Source: Pseudovirgaria hyperparasitica
Lineage: Eukaryota
Assembly (NCBI GenBank): GCA_010093815.1
Contig: ML996565.1
Direction: 5' to 3' (one strand)
DNA length: 64,000 nucleotides
The notes beneath the pieces are model-generated. The model saw only the letters and a program-made list of their open reading frames with translations, made no database searches and had not been told where the DNA came from. Shown piece by piece: positions 50,027 through 63,480 of this stretch. The position numbers were made by a program, and so were the translations under genes. Every line of letters starts with the position of its first letter. Within the stretch, counting starts at the first letter, position 1.

Positions 50027-50832
50027 AGCTTGGTGGACGCAATAATCTTAGAAGAACTGCTGTTTCAAGGGGGCATAAGGCATCATGGGCCCACAACTAA
50101 CAGGAGTGTAAGGTGTTGAGCTGGTCAAATCTTTTTTCGTGCTTCGTAATCTTGAGAGGATGGTTGATGCGCAAATACGGATCCAACCTTGAACCAATGG
50201 GAGTGGCGTACGCAACTGACGCGTAACGGGAAGCCACGCGCCGCTAGTAATATTTCACTAATTAGCGGACAACCAACTTCAGCCTCGAGCTTCAAACTCA
50301 AGTGTCAAATTAAAAAGGGGCGGTCGCATTTGTTGGGATGGCTCGACAACACGGCTCAATAAGATACATACAGCGCGCATAGCTGGTCAGCACCATGTCG
50401 CTTGAGTAATACACCCTTCGCACAGGGTATCGTTGCTGTGATACCCACTTTTGTGCATGCTCATCATATATTTTACATTCATTAAGAGAGGAGAGTAAGG
50501 CGAGCATCGCCGTCTCTAATAATGTACAACGAAGATATGTGACTACCAGTAGCCGTCACTAGTCTCAGCAACGACTATGGCAGCGTCGGAGTTCCCTCGT
50601 AGATCCCCATAATCTGATATCTCTCCGAAAATATCCTTCAAAAGCTACACGGAATTGAAGAGGGGTATGAGTGAATAGTACATCGAAGAGGTGGCGAGCC
50701 AGATACAAGAAAGGTAAAGGGACATTACATGTAAAGACGCTTCTAGTGACCCAAGAACCGATGCAAATGTCAAAATAAACACCCGCTTTTATCTAAACAC
50801 AGTACAAGGGAAAACAATCACCATCAATGGAC

Positions 50833-52962
50833 TTATGGCTTCTTGTCCTCATCTTGGTTCTTCTGTTCGTCTTGTTGCTGCTCCTGGTTCTGGTTCTCGG
50901 AGCGGGCCTTGTGCATTTGATCGAACAGGGTCAAGCTAGCAGTTTGCAGCTCATCCGTCTTCTCTTTCAGTTCTGCGGCTGTGGCATTGCCCTCGCCAGC
51001 CTGGCTCTTGCTGATAACCTCACGGAGAGATGCAATCTTTTCGCGGATCTTCTCAGCTTCAGTCTTGTCGAGACGGCTCTCGAATTCTTTGAGCGCCTTT
51101 TCGGTGTCGTTCACCACGCTGTCAGCACGGTTGGCAGCCTCGATAGCATCCTTACGCTCCTTGTCTTGCTCCTGGTATCGCTCAGCGTCCTGAACCATGT
51201 TCTCGATTTCAGAGTCAGAGAGACCGGATCCAGATGCAATGGTGATGGACTGGTCTTTGTTGGTCGACTTGTCCTTGGCGTGGACATGAACGATGGAGTC
51301 TGCGTCGATGTCGAAGGTAACCTCAATCTGAGGCACGCCACGATGCGCAGGTGGGATACCGACAAGCTGGAAGTTGCCGAGGAGCTTGTTGTCGCGAACA
51401 AGTTCACGCTCACCTTGGTAGACCTTGATTTCGACAGCGCTCTGGAAATCAGCAGCGGTAGAGAAGATCTGGGACTTCTTGGTAGGGATCGTGGTGTTAC
51501 GGTTGATCAAACGGGTGAATACACCACCCAGAGTCTCGATACCAAGGGAAAGAGGCGTAACGTCAAGTAGAAGAACGTCAGTGACCTCACCAGAAAGTAC
51601 AGCACCTTGGATGGCAGCACCAATGGCGACTGCCTCATCGGGGTTGACAGACTTGGCTGGATCACGGCCGAAGATGCTCTTGACTGACTCGGCAACCTTG
51701 GGCATACGAGTCATACCACCGACAAGTATGACTTCCTGAATGTCCTTGGCTTGGAGGCCGGCGTCCTTGAGTGCCTTGCGAACGGGGTCGATGGTCTTGG
51801 TGATGAGAGGGTCAACCAGATTCTCCAGCTGAGATCGGCTCATTTTCATGTTAATGTGCTTTGGTCCAGAGGCGTCAGCAGTAATGAAAGGCAGGTTGAT
51901 ATCGGTCTGTTGAGACGATGAAAGCTCAATCTTGGCCTTCTCGGCAGCCTCACGGATACGTTGAATGGCCATGCGGTCACCAGAAAGGTCAATTCCGTTG
52001 TCCTTCTTGAATTGCTGGACGAGATGGCGGACAAGAATGATGTCGAAGTCCTCACCACCCAGATGGGTGTCACCATTCGTCGACTTGACCTCGAAAACGC
52101 CGTTCTGAATTTCCAAGATGGAGACGTCGAAAGTACCACCACCAAGATCGTACACAGAGACAACCCTGTCTTGCTCTTTTTCAAGGCCGTAAGCGAGAGC
52201 AGCAGCAGTTGGCTCGTTGACGACACGGAGAACATTCAGGCCAGAGATCTGACCGGCGTCCTTGGTGGCCTGTCTTTGCTGGTCGTTGAAGTAAGCTGGT
52301 ACAGTGACGACAGCATTCTTGATACTCTTGCCAAGGTAAGCCTCAGCGGTCTCCTTCATCTTTCCGAGCACGAAACCACCAACTTGCGAAGGCGAGTACT
52401 TCTGTCCTTGAGCTTCTAGCCAGGCATCGCCGTTGGTGTGCTGAACGATCTTGTATGGCACTTGCTGGACATCACGCTGCACCTCAGCATCGGAAAACTT
52501 GCGACCGATGAGACGCTTCGTTGCGAAGAGAGTGTTCTCAGGGTTTACAACAGCCTGACGCTTCGCAGCAATACCAACGAGACGCTCGCCTTCTTTCGTG
52601 AAGCCGACGACGGAGGGCGTTGTCCTTGCACCTTCGTTTTGTCAGTAGAGGTTCTGATGCAAGCATAATTGAATAACAAACCTTCTGAGTTCTCGATGAT
52701 GCGAGGTTGCTTCCCTTCCATCAAGGCGACGGCAGAGTTCGTGGTACCGAGATCGATACCAATCACTTGGCCTTTCACCTTCTCTTCGGCACCATCAGCA
52801 TAATGCCTTCGGAATGATGTGTTGAGTGATGGAGTGATGGCGGCTGGGCGGCGGATGGCATTTGTTGCGCGAGGCAAAAACTGCAGAGCTCTCTATTAGC
52901 ACAAGACGCGACAGCTATCAGGAAGCATGACTTACTGCTCGCGATAGTCTTGAAGACAACAT
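50833..52962 (-). CDS. SSC1: Mitochondrial Hsp70
   Basis: Presequence [57 protein letters not shown] and NPDEAVA; no C-terminal EEVD. Confidence 0.96.
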
Positions 52963-53604
52963 GATGTGAAGTATTAGAAGTACAGCGTCGCGGGAGTGTA
53001 AAGATCAACGACGAGATGGATAAAACACAGATGAGAGGAGGTTGGAGTGGATGATGTGAAGATAAAATGCGGATGGCAAGAAAAGGTCTGAAGGGAGAAA
53101 TTTTGGTCGAAGCAGATCGCAGCACGCAGAATATGTCCGTGCGCAGGCTAGACTAGAGTAATGATGTCCGAGCGGCAGTAATAGCACGCAGGAGCTCTCT
53201 TTGTGCGCAGTGATGGGTCACGTGCCAGTCTCCGTAGTCACCAGAGTGCAGTAGTAGAGCACAACAACAACAACATCATCATCATCATCGTGTTTCTTGT
53301 GCGCGCAGTCAACTGCTTGACTACTTGCCTCCCCGTCAACACATCTTTTGGTTCACTTTCTCTCTGGTCCGCCATCTAGCACATAATCTCGACATGGAGC
53401 AGGATACACGTGATGGGTCTAGCTCCAGCTTGCCTGTCGGTCTACCTATTGCTGGCTAGGGACCGAGGGTAAATAGAGAACGATAGCCTTTCACAGCTCT
53501 CGCATGGTATAGTGACGTATCCCCCTCACGCAGCACTGGGCCACTCGAGTTGGGCCCGAAACTAGCCGGAATCATGCAGTGTTCCTTCACTCGACAACAC
53601 TATC

Positions 53605-55668
53605 ATGGCTGTTGATGACTTTGAGTACGTGCTTCAGCATAACTATCATCTCAAGTGTGTTAGGAAATGCTGATCCGGCTGCAGTTACCACGAAACCGAC
53701 TCCTTGATCCTGCCAGCAAAGACCTTTTTCCCTCTGTCTATCCATGTAGCGCACTACCAACTACGACATTATATCAGCTCGTCCAAGCAAGACACTATCT
53801 ACTATGCCGATCGCGAAAATGTATATTGCTTGAACGTTCACACCAAGAGACGGACTCTTGTCGCGAGTTTGTCATTCGACGCTCGATGTACAGCTTCGGG
53901 GTACGGGTGGATATGCGTAGGGGGCGAGACTGAAGGTCTTTTTGCTGCGATCCAGCTAGATGGCTCAAGCCATGTTTCCGGCGAGGTCGATGCGAGTTTA
54001 CCTGTGAGCTTAGGCACAGGCGCAACGACATCCAGCCGTCGACAGACCAAGGTGTCACCACACAATATACACTTCGATAGAATCGGGCTGCAAATCGTCA
54101 ACTCGATATCCATCCACAAATTGCTCAAGGAAGGACCGCAAGGAGAAGACGAGGTCGTTGCCGTTCTCACAAACAATGACAAGACCGTGCGAGTATATTC
54201 GCTCCCAAGGCGGGCCCAAATAGCCAGGCTTGATTGTCCCTTTCCTATGAATCATGCCACCATATCCCCAGACGGACACCTTTTGGTCGCGGTTGGCGAC
54301 GAGCAAAGGGCGTTGTTCTACGAACGAAGAACATGGACATCTCCTGTAGGCTCCACTGAGGATCTCGCAGAAGATATTGCGCCTTCGGCCTCTGCCTGGG
54401 GCCTGATTGCAACAGTATCACTACACTGTCCGCCGACAGTAAAAGCCATTGGTTACTTCACAACAGCTTGGTCATCTTCTGGTCATCTGTGTGCCGTGGC
54501 CTCAGAATGTGGCTATATTACCGTTATCGATACGCTATCCCTTCCAAAATGCGAGTCTGCAGAGGATGCAATTGTCAATGTTATCAAGTCGACCAGGCCG
54601 GATCGGGGCCACGGGCCAGGCTCTGTGCGTACTATGCTGTTTTCCAGACAGCCATGGGATCTGCTAATCTGGACGGAAGACCAAGGCCGAATGTGCGTAG
54701 CCGACCTTCGTAGCGGCCTCATAAGCCGGCAAGTGATACACCTAAATTCTAGCGAGGATGGCATAGAACGAATTGTTATTCCTGACTCGGATGGTGATAG
54801 CGATGAAGACTTGACGCATGATGGATCCTATCTGCGTCGACATTCAAGAGCTCTTGACGCAGAAGGTAACGCCTTTGGCCCAGCGGCCTTCGAGGCTCGT
54901 AGGTCCCTCGGTTCAAGTATAACGAGTCGTCCTATGCCAGGTCGTGCCATAGTTGTAGAGTCTGACAATGATCCGCATGGTCTGAGTCCACGAGCAAGGA
55001 GAATAATAGATTCTCTTCCAACCACGACAGAACGTGACACACGACCAGAGGTGACGATAACTCCACGAAGTATAACCTACACACAATCTGGGCGTCCAGT
55101 ACACCCTTCATACCGTGGTGCTACGGAGTACGATGTAGAGTTAAGTTCATCCCGGGATGTCGAAGTTCGCAACATCGGTCATGATTTGCTATCTCTAGAT
55201 GTCGGCGAGACCCTCCGAGACCGCTACTCCGATTCTGCGCGACGCTATCGGCCACATCGGCAGTCATCCGTCGTAGTACCTGAGACCCGTCTGTACAGCA
55301 ATGCCAGTACACGCAATGGCCAATCGACAACGGGTAACCGAATGGAGCAGAGCGCTTCTCCAGGTACATATTCATATCAGCCTGCCGACGGTGCCCTTGA
55401 CCGTGCAGAATATCCCTCGACGGTGGGAACATGGATTGAATACAGCACGACAGCGGGAGGGCGAGTCCGCCGAGAGAGGCCCCGTGTGTATGGCTTACGA
55501 CACATTAGTACAGACCAGACTCACGACGGGAGCTATGGCGTAAGAACAGCGGGTCTCGCCGCAAGTGAGGACGGAAGGAGTATATATGCTGGCGCCGAGG
55601 ACGGTATATACGTTTTTGCAATCAACACGTTGGCGAGGAAAATGTTTCCAGCGGTATCTCCAAGGTAA
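53605..55668 (+). CDS. DUF2415-like WD40/beta-propeller protein
   Basis: ATG 53605, intron ~53625-53684. Motifs HYQLRHYIS, IVNSISIH, TNNDKTVR, NHATISPDG, FTTAWS and DLLIWTEDQGRMCVADLR. Confidence 0.8.
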
Positions 55669-56259
55669 TTAGCATATTTGTCTCCTGTAGTTTCTCTTAT
55701 CTACTGCATGGCGTTGATGGGATTAATGATTGAGTAGCGGGTTAATCTTTTGACGTGCTCTTGCGCTAGTGTTCATCATTCGTCTATGGGTTAAGTCGTA
55801 GCATATCATGTATCATGTAAGATTGAGTCTCGTGATCATTTACCGCATTCATCAGCAAGAATACATCTTTTTTCGAAACCTATAATATCCCATATCATCA
55901 TAGGCTGAGTCTGCTTGTCGGGCTTGTCCTGATTGAGCATCGTTCCCGTGCCACTGCCGATACCGGTAACGCAAGCACGCCATAGCCCTGAACCCCCGCT
56001 GCCCGAGCTCTGAGGTGATGACTCTGGTCTGGCCTATCGAAATGCAAATGTACCTGAACTTCAACACCATTTCTTCTCCCGACGCCAACACCTATCATAC
56101 TGGCTTCTCCTTCGAACATTCCACGATTTTTCTCCCATACTCGAGACCCAACTGATTACAACCGTCAGAATACCTCCAAATACAAGTGGCGTCCTGAACC
56201 TACACGAACACAATCCCTTAAAGCGCCACTCCATAGCTACTCCTTTATTTTCCACCACC

Positions 56260-57701
56260 ATGTCGCAAGCTCCTACGGCCTCAGGCGATAAATCCAGTCT
56301 TGGAAAGGCTTTCCAGAAATTGGATCTTGAGGGTCATGATCTGCCTCCCTCTCCGGCACCATCGAGCCCCCGCAATGGCAGGAAATACGCCCTGGCAACC
56401 GAGTTGGTCTACACCGAAGGAACAGACCAGTACAATGCAAGCAGTGTGCCGATATATCAAGTATGCAGATATCCAGCGGGTTCAAGTTCATCTCAGTGCT
56501 AATCTATGGTACAGTCTGCGACCTTCAAAGGCATTGGCAACGAATACGATTATACGCGCTCGGGCAATCCAACACGAACACATGTCGAAAGACATCTTGC
56601 AAAGATCATGAGTGCGAACAGAGCACTGGTTGTTTCGTCTGGTATGGGAGCATTAGATGTCATAACGCGAGTGCTCAGGCCTGGAGACGAGGTGATCACT
56701 GGTGATGATCTATATGGGGGCACCAATCGACTTCTGAAGTACCTTGCTACGAATGGAGGAATCATCGTACACCACGTCGATACCACAGATCCAGAAGCCG
56801 TGCGGAGGTTTGTCAACGCGAAAACAGCCATGGTATTACTCGAAACTCCAACGAATCCCCTGATCAAGATTGTGGACATTCCTTCAATCGCCCAGATCAC
56901 ACACGCCACAAACCCTTCGGCAATCGTAGCTGTCGACAACACCATGCTCTCCCCGATCCTGTCAAACCCTCTTGACCTCGGCGCTGATATTGTGTACGAG
57001 TCGGGCACGAAATACCTTTCTGGACATCACGATTTAATGGCTGGAGTGATTGCCGTCAATGACGCAGCTTTAGGAGACAAAATGTATTTCAGCATCAACG
57101 CATCGGGTTGCGGATTGTCGCCTTTTGATTCATGGTTGCTTCTCCGAGGCATCAAGACTCTGGCAGTGCGAATGGAGAAGCAACAGTCCAATGCGATGCG
57201 CATCGCCAGTTTCCTTGAGGACCATGGCTTTCGGGTACGCTACCCAGGACTCAAGTCGCACCCGCAGTATGATCTTCATCATAGCATGGCCCGCGGTGCG
57301 GGCGCTGTCCTGTCGTTCGAGACCGGCGATGTCACAGTGTCGGAAAGAATTGTTGAAAGCGCACAGTTGTGGGCCATTAGTGTGAGCTTTGGCTGCGTAA
57401 ACAGCCTTATCAGCATGCCTTGCCGTATGAGCCACGCTAGCATTGATGCAAAGACACGAGCAGAGCGGAATATGCCTGAAGATATTATTAGGCTATGCGT
57501 GGGAATCGAAGATGTGGATGATTTAATTGACGATCTGAGCAGAGCGGTAAGTTGCATTCTCCGTGACCACCTCTGACGCATGAGCAAGGGACCCTATTGA
57601 CAGGAGTATAGCTCGTCCAAGCTGGCGCTGTCACAGTATCTGTCGAAAATTTCCGCGCCATCAATGCACCCAGTACCGGACCTGCGTCCGGAGCGTCATA
57701 A
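56260..57701 (+). CDS. STR3: Cystathionine beta-lyase, 3 exons
   Basis: SVPIYQ|SATFK, YDYTRSGNPTR, LETPTNP, VDNT, PLP motif SGTKYLSGHHD, SFGCVNSLISMPC and IRLCVGIED. Introns 56461-56513 and 57548-57611. Confidence 0.94.
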
Positions 57702-59021
57702 TGGTGACAGTGTTCTATGTATAGTGCCATACCCACTTCTCGTCGGCACAATGACGACGGCGCTGTGCCACCATGGCGTTTGACGCGTTTAGCGCAAGGA
57801 GCGACGAATAGCAAAAAAAGCATCGGATGTCGAGCCTAACGTGGTGTCTCCAGGAAGTGTCAAGGGTTACAGATGATGATGATGAAAATTAGGAGACAAA
57901 AGAACGAAAGTGAACCCTAGACGTCGAGCCGTCTTTCAAAATGCCCTGGTTAGACGATGTATTCAGGCCAAGGAGTAGTAGACAATGCATTAGCCGCAAG
58001 CATTACGTGTAACGTACCGTGCGAATCTGAACGGATCTCTCCTTGCTTCTAAAGTTACAATCATCATCATCATCATCGTCTTATCATTTCGAGTGTGTTG
58101 CAGTTTAGGTGCAGAGCTTCAAGACTGTGATAGAGACAGTGATCATCCGGCCACAGAGAGACCTGGCTGCAGCAGGGTTCGTCAAAAGGTCAGAAATCTG
58201 ACCTATCAAGTCGTGTCCGGGGAAGCGGACAAGGTGCCGCGTCCAAGTTCAGCCCTGCCTGCAGCTTCAATCCCTTGACTTACGGCCGCGAGCTGCACGA
58301 TGATGTCGAATTCATTTTATTTTTGAAGTCGGTAGATAGTCCACGATAGAATCTCGAGATGGAAAGATACGTCTGTCCAAATTCATTCGATATAGTGTTC
58401 CCTTGGTAGCTATGTTGCGGCTATTGTTGTGGTTGTGGTTTCGTTGTCGTCGTCGTCGTTGTCGAAGAGCGGTCATGCTTACAAATCGTAAACAAGAACG
58501 CATGGATCTGGTGTTTACATGAATGTGCTCGTGCTCATGCTCCTCTATGTTTGCATTAGCATTCGTACGTCGGATATTCCGTCTCGCAGCGAGGTTTCAC
58601 AAGCGCCTCACGACCTCACAAAACAAAACCGTCTCGCCACCTGTCAAGCCATCGGGTGTGCACAATCTGTCACTTGGCCCGTGGAACAGTTTTGGAAGCA
58701 TAAGCATCCCCCACGCCGCATGCCGACTATTACTCTGACCCTTGAATCCTCGGAAAAGCGACCCTTGTCCTCAGCATCAACTTCGAAAACGTGCACGGCT
58801 ATCTCCAATTTCGATCAGAAAATCGTCATCGTTCGTAATTCTCCGTGTTTGGTGTCACATTCCTTCAGAAACTGTTATGTGATATATTCCCGAGTGATGG
58901 TGTTGTCTGCATCGACGACCTCGAAGCTCATTCATCGTCGATCGGTGGTAAACGAGTATATATCTTCTTGAGACTATTGTCCCCATTTCCAAATACAGTC
59001 TAGGCCACCCCGTCATCCAAC

Positions 59022-60808
59022 ATGCCCAAGGACAACGCGTGTTGGCCATGTCGTAGTGAGCCTATCCATCTTCTAGCGTCGTCGCTTGTGGAGCTGGAAG
59101 CACTGACAATAGTGACCCGCAGGACAGAAACTTGGCTGCGACAAAACGCGTCCGAAATGCCAACGCTGCGCAAGATGCAATAGGGACTGCCAATATGGTC
59201 TTCAGTTGTCGTTTCCGAGGCACGATGACAAGAGACGAGGCTGGCACCATGCCGTTGTCCAGGGAGTACAACAGATGCCCCCCGAGGGTCAGCTACACTT
59301 TATCAACGTGTTATTCTATGACTTGAACAACCATACACACATGACGCGAGGCACTCGATGTGAGTCGTCAAGACACAGAAAGGCGTCCATCTGAACTCAC
59401 ATGATAATTCTAGTAAACGCTCTCTCAAACTCGCTTGCACAAACATGGGAGACAATTTCAACGCCCAGAGCTATGCCATGGAAGCCGTTAGAGGCTATTG
59501 GAGAGAATGGTCTGATTCAATACTGTGCGACGCCTGTCTACTGTTAGCCAAGAAGTGATGCTGACCTCCATAGATCAGGATGTGATTGGATCTATCGTCA
59601 GCACTGTCAGTCAAAACGACTGCTACAGTGTCCTAATGAGGATGGCATTCTGTACCGAATCGAGTGCGTCCGAGGCAGTAAGGCTAGCCATCTGTGCACT
59701 CGCTTGTCTGCACATGTGTGGTGGGAAACACGCCAGCGTTCTTCGTACCCAAGCCCGACATCATTTTCTGATGATCCAGAGTCAGCTTGATGATCCGCAG
59801 GAGTTGTTGCAAAGCATCGTGGCGGCAATGCTTCTTGGGCTGTATGAGGTACGATATCTCCATGCTCTTGCCTTGACTCAAGTCCTGATGTCACTCGACA
59901 TACGTATAGATCTTCGATCAGCCACACTCAGATGCTCCATATTCCTGGGCCCTCGATGTGTGCTATGCTAAAAAGGCACTGGGGGCAATGGAGATTCCGA
60001 CAAATAGCCCTGTCACGAGTGACGAGTCTTTACTGCTCGACTGGGTAACATACCATGATGTCATGTCCAAGTTCAGCATAACACACTATGTTGATAGACA
60101 GGAGGATCAGGTTGAGTGCGCTAACAACAAGTGCTTGAGGCAAAAGCAAATGAGCGCGTCAAGCAAGACAAAGGTAAACCGATTTGGAAGTAAAGAAGAG
60201 TAGTTGCTTACTTATACAAGATTTCTGGCCCAGTCGGCTGCTCCATTGAGCTCCTATTGGTCATCTCTCGAGTGTTCGATGCTGCCTACGAGCAGGAGAT
60301 GGGCGCAGGACAGGTGTCCGACGATAGAGTGGACAGTCTTGAGCACTCAATCCTCAACGCACGACAAGTCCTCGAGGTTGAATCAGTGAGCCACGACCGC
60401 GCGGTCGTGATTGAGGAAGACGCCATGAAGCACATCGCAGAGCTCTTCCGGCTAGCAGGCCTCATATACCTGCACCGAGCAATCAAGAAGAGTCCTCCAT
60501 GGCTACCACCGGTGTCTATGTGGGTCAGCGAAGCATATGACCACTTGCGGAAGATTACAGTTTGCGATCGCAACTTTCCCCTCTTCATCATTGCCTGCGA
60601 AGCCCGCACTGATGAGCAACGGAGTGAGATCCTCCGTGTGCTCCGAAACAGCGAGGAGAAGTCCAAGGTCGGCAACACGTTACGCGTGCGCCAGTTTATA
60701 GAGCGTGTTTGGGCACAGGATGACTTGGACCAGGAGCAGAGAATCAAGTATACGAGCAAGATCACGGCAAGCCTGAGTACATGCAATGCACTGCCAGCCA
60801 TGACCTGA
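59022..60808 (+). CDS. Zn(II)2Cys6 transcription factor with Fungal_trans_2-type C-terminal domain, multi-exon
   Basis: MPKDNACWPCR|RQKLGCDKTRPKCQRCARCNRDCQYG, LLDWVTYHDVMSKFS, AELFRLAGLIYL and FPLFIIACEARTDEQR. Confidence 0.85.
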
Positions 60809-61383
60809 AGGATAGAGAGGACCATGCTTCACTGTGACACTGCCACGCACTCCACGTCCTTTATTACGACGGGATCAGAACAGCGCCACAGTATCGCGGT
60901 CAACGTCATGGCATCAGCAAGTCTACATCACCTGCAGATATATGCACATGCTTGGGCACGGTGGCTTTCACACACTGGTGTCGCATGCCTAAACTTACCA
61001 CAAGCATGTTATGCCTTGCAGAGAACGCCATGCTGTAGCCATGCTGTAACAACCTCACGCTTTCAGCCTCGCGGACCACCCCCAAGGACGGCTGCATACG
61101 GGCTTACATTCGCCCTAATGCGGTAAGGCGTGTGATGCATCGCAGAAAGTTGCCTGCAATACTCACGATACCTGGCATCCATAAATCTGCTCAGCATTTA
61201 TCAGCAGTAACGACATGTCTTGTTAGAGCCGACATCGCCTTTGAGGGGGTATTGATTTGCAATCATGGTGCGAAAGACAAGATATAAGAGCGACCAACTC
61301 CTCAGGAGCATTGCAAGGAACAACCATATCAATCACACATCAACTCACTACTCTCCTCCCATAAAGACTCCAAACCATCAACA

Positions 61384-62400
61384 ATGCCATCCTACGTTAT
61401 CGCAGGCGCCTCACGAGGCCTAGGAGTACGTCCCGACACCCCTCCAACGAACACCCATCCCAACTCCACTCCATCCTAACCACCACCAACACAGCTCCAA
61501 TTCATCAAAACCCTCTCCCAAGACCCATCCAACACCGTCATCGCCCTCGCCCGCAACCCCTCCTCCGTCCACCCGCTCCTCCCCTCCCTCCCAAACATTC
61601 ACCTCCTCGCCGCCGACCTCACAGACCCCTCCTCCCTCCGCGCCGCCGCCGCCTCCACATCCACCCTCACCAACGGCACCCTCGACTACCTCCTCATCAA
61701 CGGCGCCTGGATCAACCTGACCACCCAGTCCATCGCCCCCACAGACCTTGCCTCCCCGGCCAACGAACCCCAGCTTCTAACCGACGTCGACACCGCCTTC
61801 AAGACGAATTTCGCCGGGCCCTTGCTCTGTGCTACGGCGTTTCTTCCGCTTGTTCGTGCCGGGCAGCAGAGGAAGATTGTGGTGATTAGTACGGGGATGG
61901 CGGATGCGGAGTTTGTCCGTGTGGCTGGTGTGTGGGCGGCGTTGGTGTACAGTGCGAGTAAGGCTGCTGTGAACATGCTTGTTGCGAAGCTTGCTGTCGA
62001 GCTGAAGGATGATGGGATTGTTGTGGCGAGTCTGAGTCCTGGGTTGGTCGATACTGATGGTGAGGCTCTTCTCCTTCTTTTCCTACAACCTAACCCCTTT
62101 TTTTCCCTCGATGCGACATCGGGTAGGGGTCTCCATTGCGGTCCGTGTGCGAGTGTGTGTGTGTGTGTGTGGGAGTTTCAACATTAAAGACATGCTAACG
62201 TAACATAATGCGCAGGCACAGAGGCCAGCAAGAAGAACTTCGAGATGTTGATGCCAATGTTCAGAAAGTACGAGCCCGAGTTCCAGGGTCCGATTACGCC
62301 GCGTGAGAGTGTTGAGATGCAGATTCGCGTTATTCAGGGGCTTACGATGGCGCATGCCGGGCAGATGTGGAGTCATCTTGGGAATCAGCGCTGGATTTGA
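61384..62400 (+). CDS. Short-chain dehydrogenase/reductase (C-factor/CsgA-like), 3 exons
   Basis: MPSYVIAGASRGLG|LQF..IALARN, LDYLLINGA, catalytic YSASK, LSPGLVDT; last exon ends GNQRWI*. Confidence 0.88.
62153..62171. repeat. (GT)n microsatellite in an SDR intron
   Basis: Uninterrupted gtgtgt run of about 9 units. Confidence 0.8.
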
Positions 62401-62679
62401 GATGTTTTCTTTTTTTCCTTTTTTTCTTTTCGGTACGCGCATGCTTCAAAGAACTCTGTTGCGTGGCAGGCAAGAAAGGCAGTGGTATAACGACTTTCTC
62501 TACTTGGGTGTGTGTGGGTAGATTATTGGGTTAGGGTACAGTAAGTTTTCAGACCATCCTTATTGAAATATAACGGTTCTGCGATGATATGCATTCTGGC
62601 AATCATGCACATGCTCGGGTACTTGTGTTCCATAGACAACACGGTCGACGCTGATAAGTATAGTCCAAGCAACATACCT

Positions 62680-63480
62680 TCTCTTCTCAGTCTAGACTAA
62701 CTTAAATGAACGTGATCCTATCCACTCCACTCACAAAGTCTCTGCCTCTAGTAACCTACTCTACTCTAACAGCACCACGACATGCCGACCCTTATACATG
62801 GCGTTAAACAAATCAGAGTAGTACGTTATGCTGTATGAGCACATGAAAGATACAAATCCGTAGGATAAATTATGAGACTGTCAATACACTCAAGTATGTA
62901 CAAATGACTATATAAAAGACGATGGTATGGCGTAGTGTGGCTTCTCGTGTAGGGATGGAACGGGTTACATATATATAGGAATAGACTCACACGACGCGCA
63001 AGGAAATTTTGTATATAATTAGTACATGCGTACTAATCATCTATACACCATACTTTACGAAAGAGATGATATAATGTAGTCCATAGTACTTCTCTACCCT
63101 CCCGTTAAAGATATCTAGAGCTACAAGTCGTACTGATCAAGCCCTTCTAATATGCTACATAGAACCATATACCAAATCTGTTCTCCATAAAACACCCAAA
63201 CCATTAAGAAAGGTCCACCATGCCCCTCTCTATAAGACTGAACTTGTATAGTAGTTTTGCTTAGCTACATGTACTATACATAATATTATACCCAGGTAGT
63301 TTATTAGAGATATTTATTTAAGATTATGCCTCATGGTTAATAGTATGTCCATATCTACTCATACTTGGTCAGTCCTTATGCAGAACGTTTAATGAGCCTC
63401 TACGCAGGCTGTTACGCTATGAGCGTAATCCTATGTAGTAGCCATATCGTATCAAGCCTTAGTCTACGACGGAAACATAT
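62680..63480. other. AT/TpA-rich non-coding segment, probable RIP-decayed repeat relic
   Basis: Very dense TA/TAG/CTA/TATA words and no credible ORF. Confidence 0.45.

Noticed and set aside
50827..52419. Long plus-strand ORFs (247 aa, 152 aa) opposite SSC1
   Set aside because: These are the well-known antisense shadow frames of Hsp70 genes, often mis-annotated as NAD-specific glutamate dehydrogenase, and are explained by codon bias.
58519..58971. 150 aa plus-strand ORF upstream of the TF
   Set aside because: No recognisable motifs or coding-like composition.
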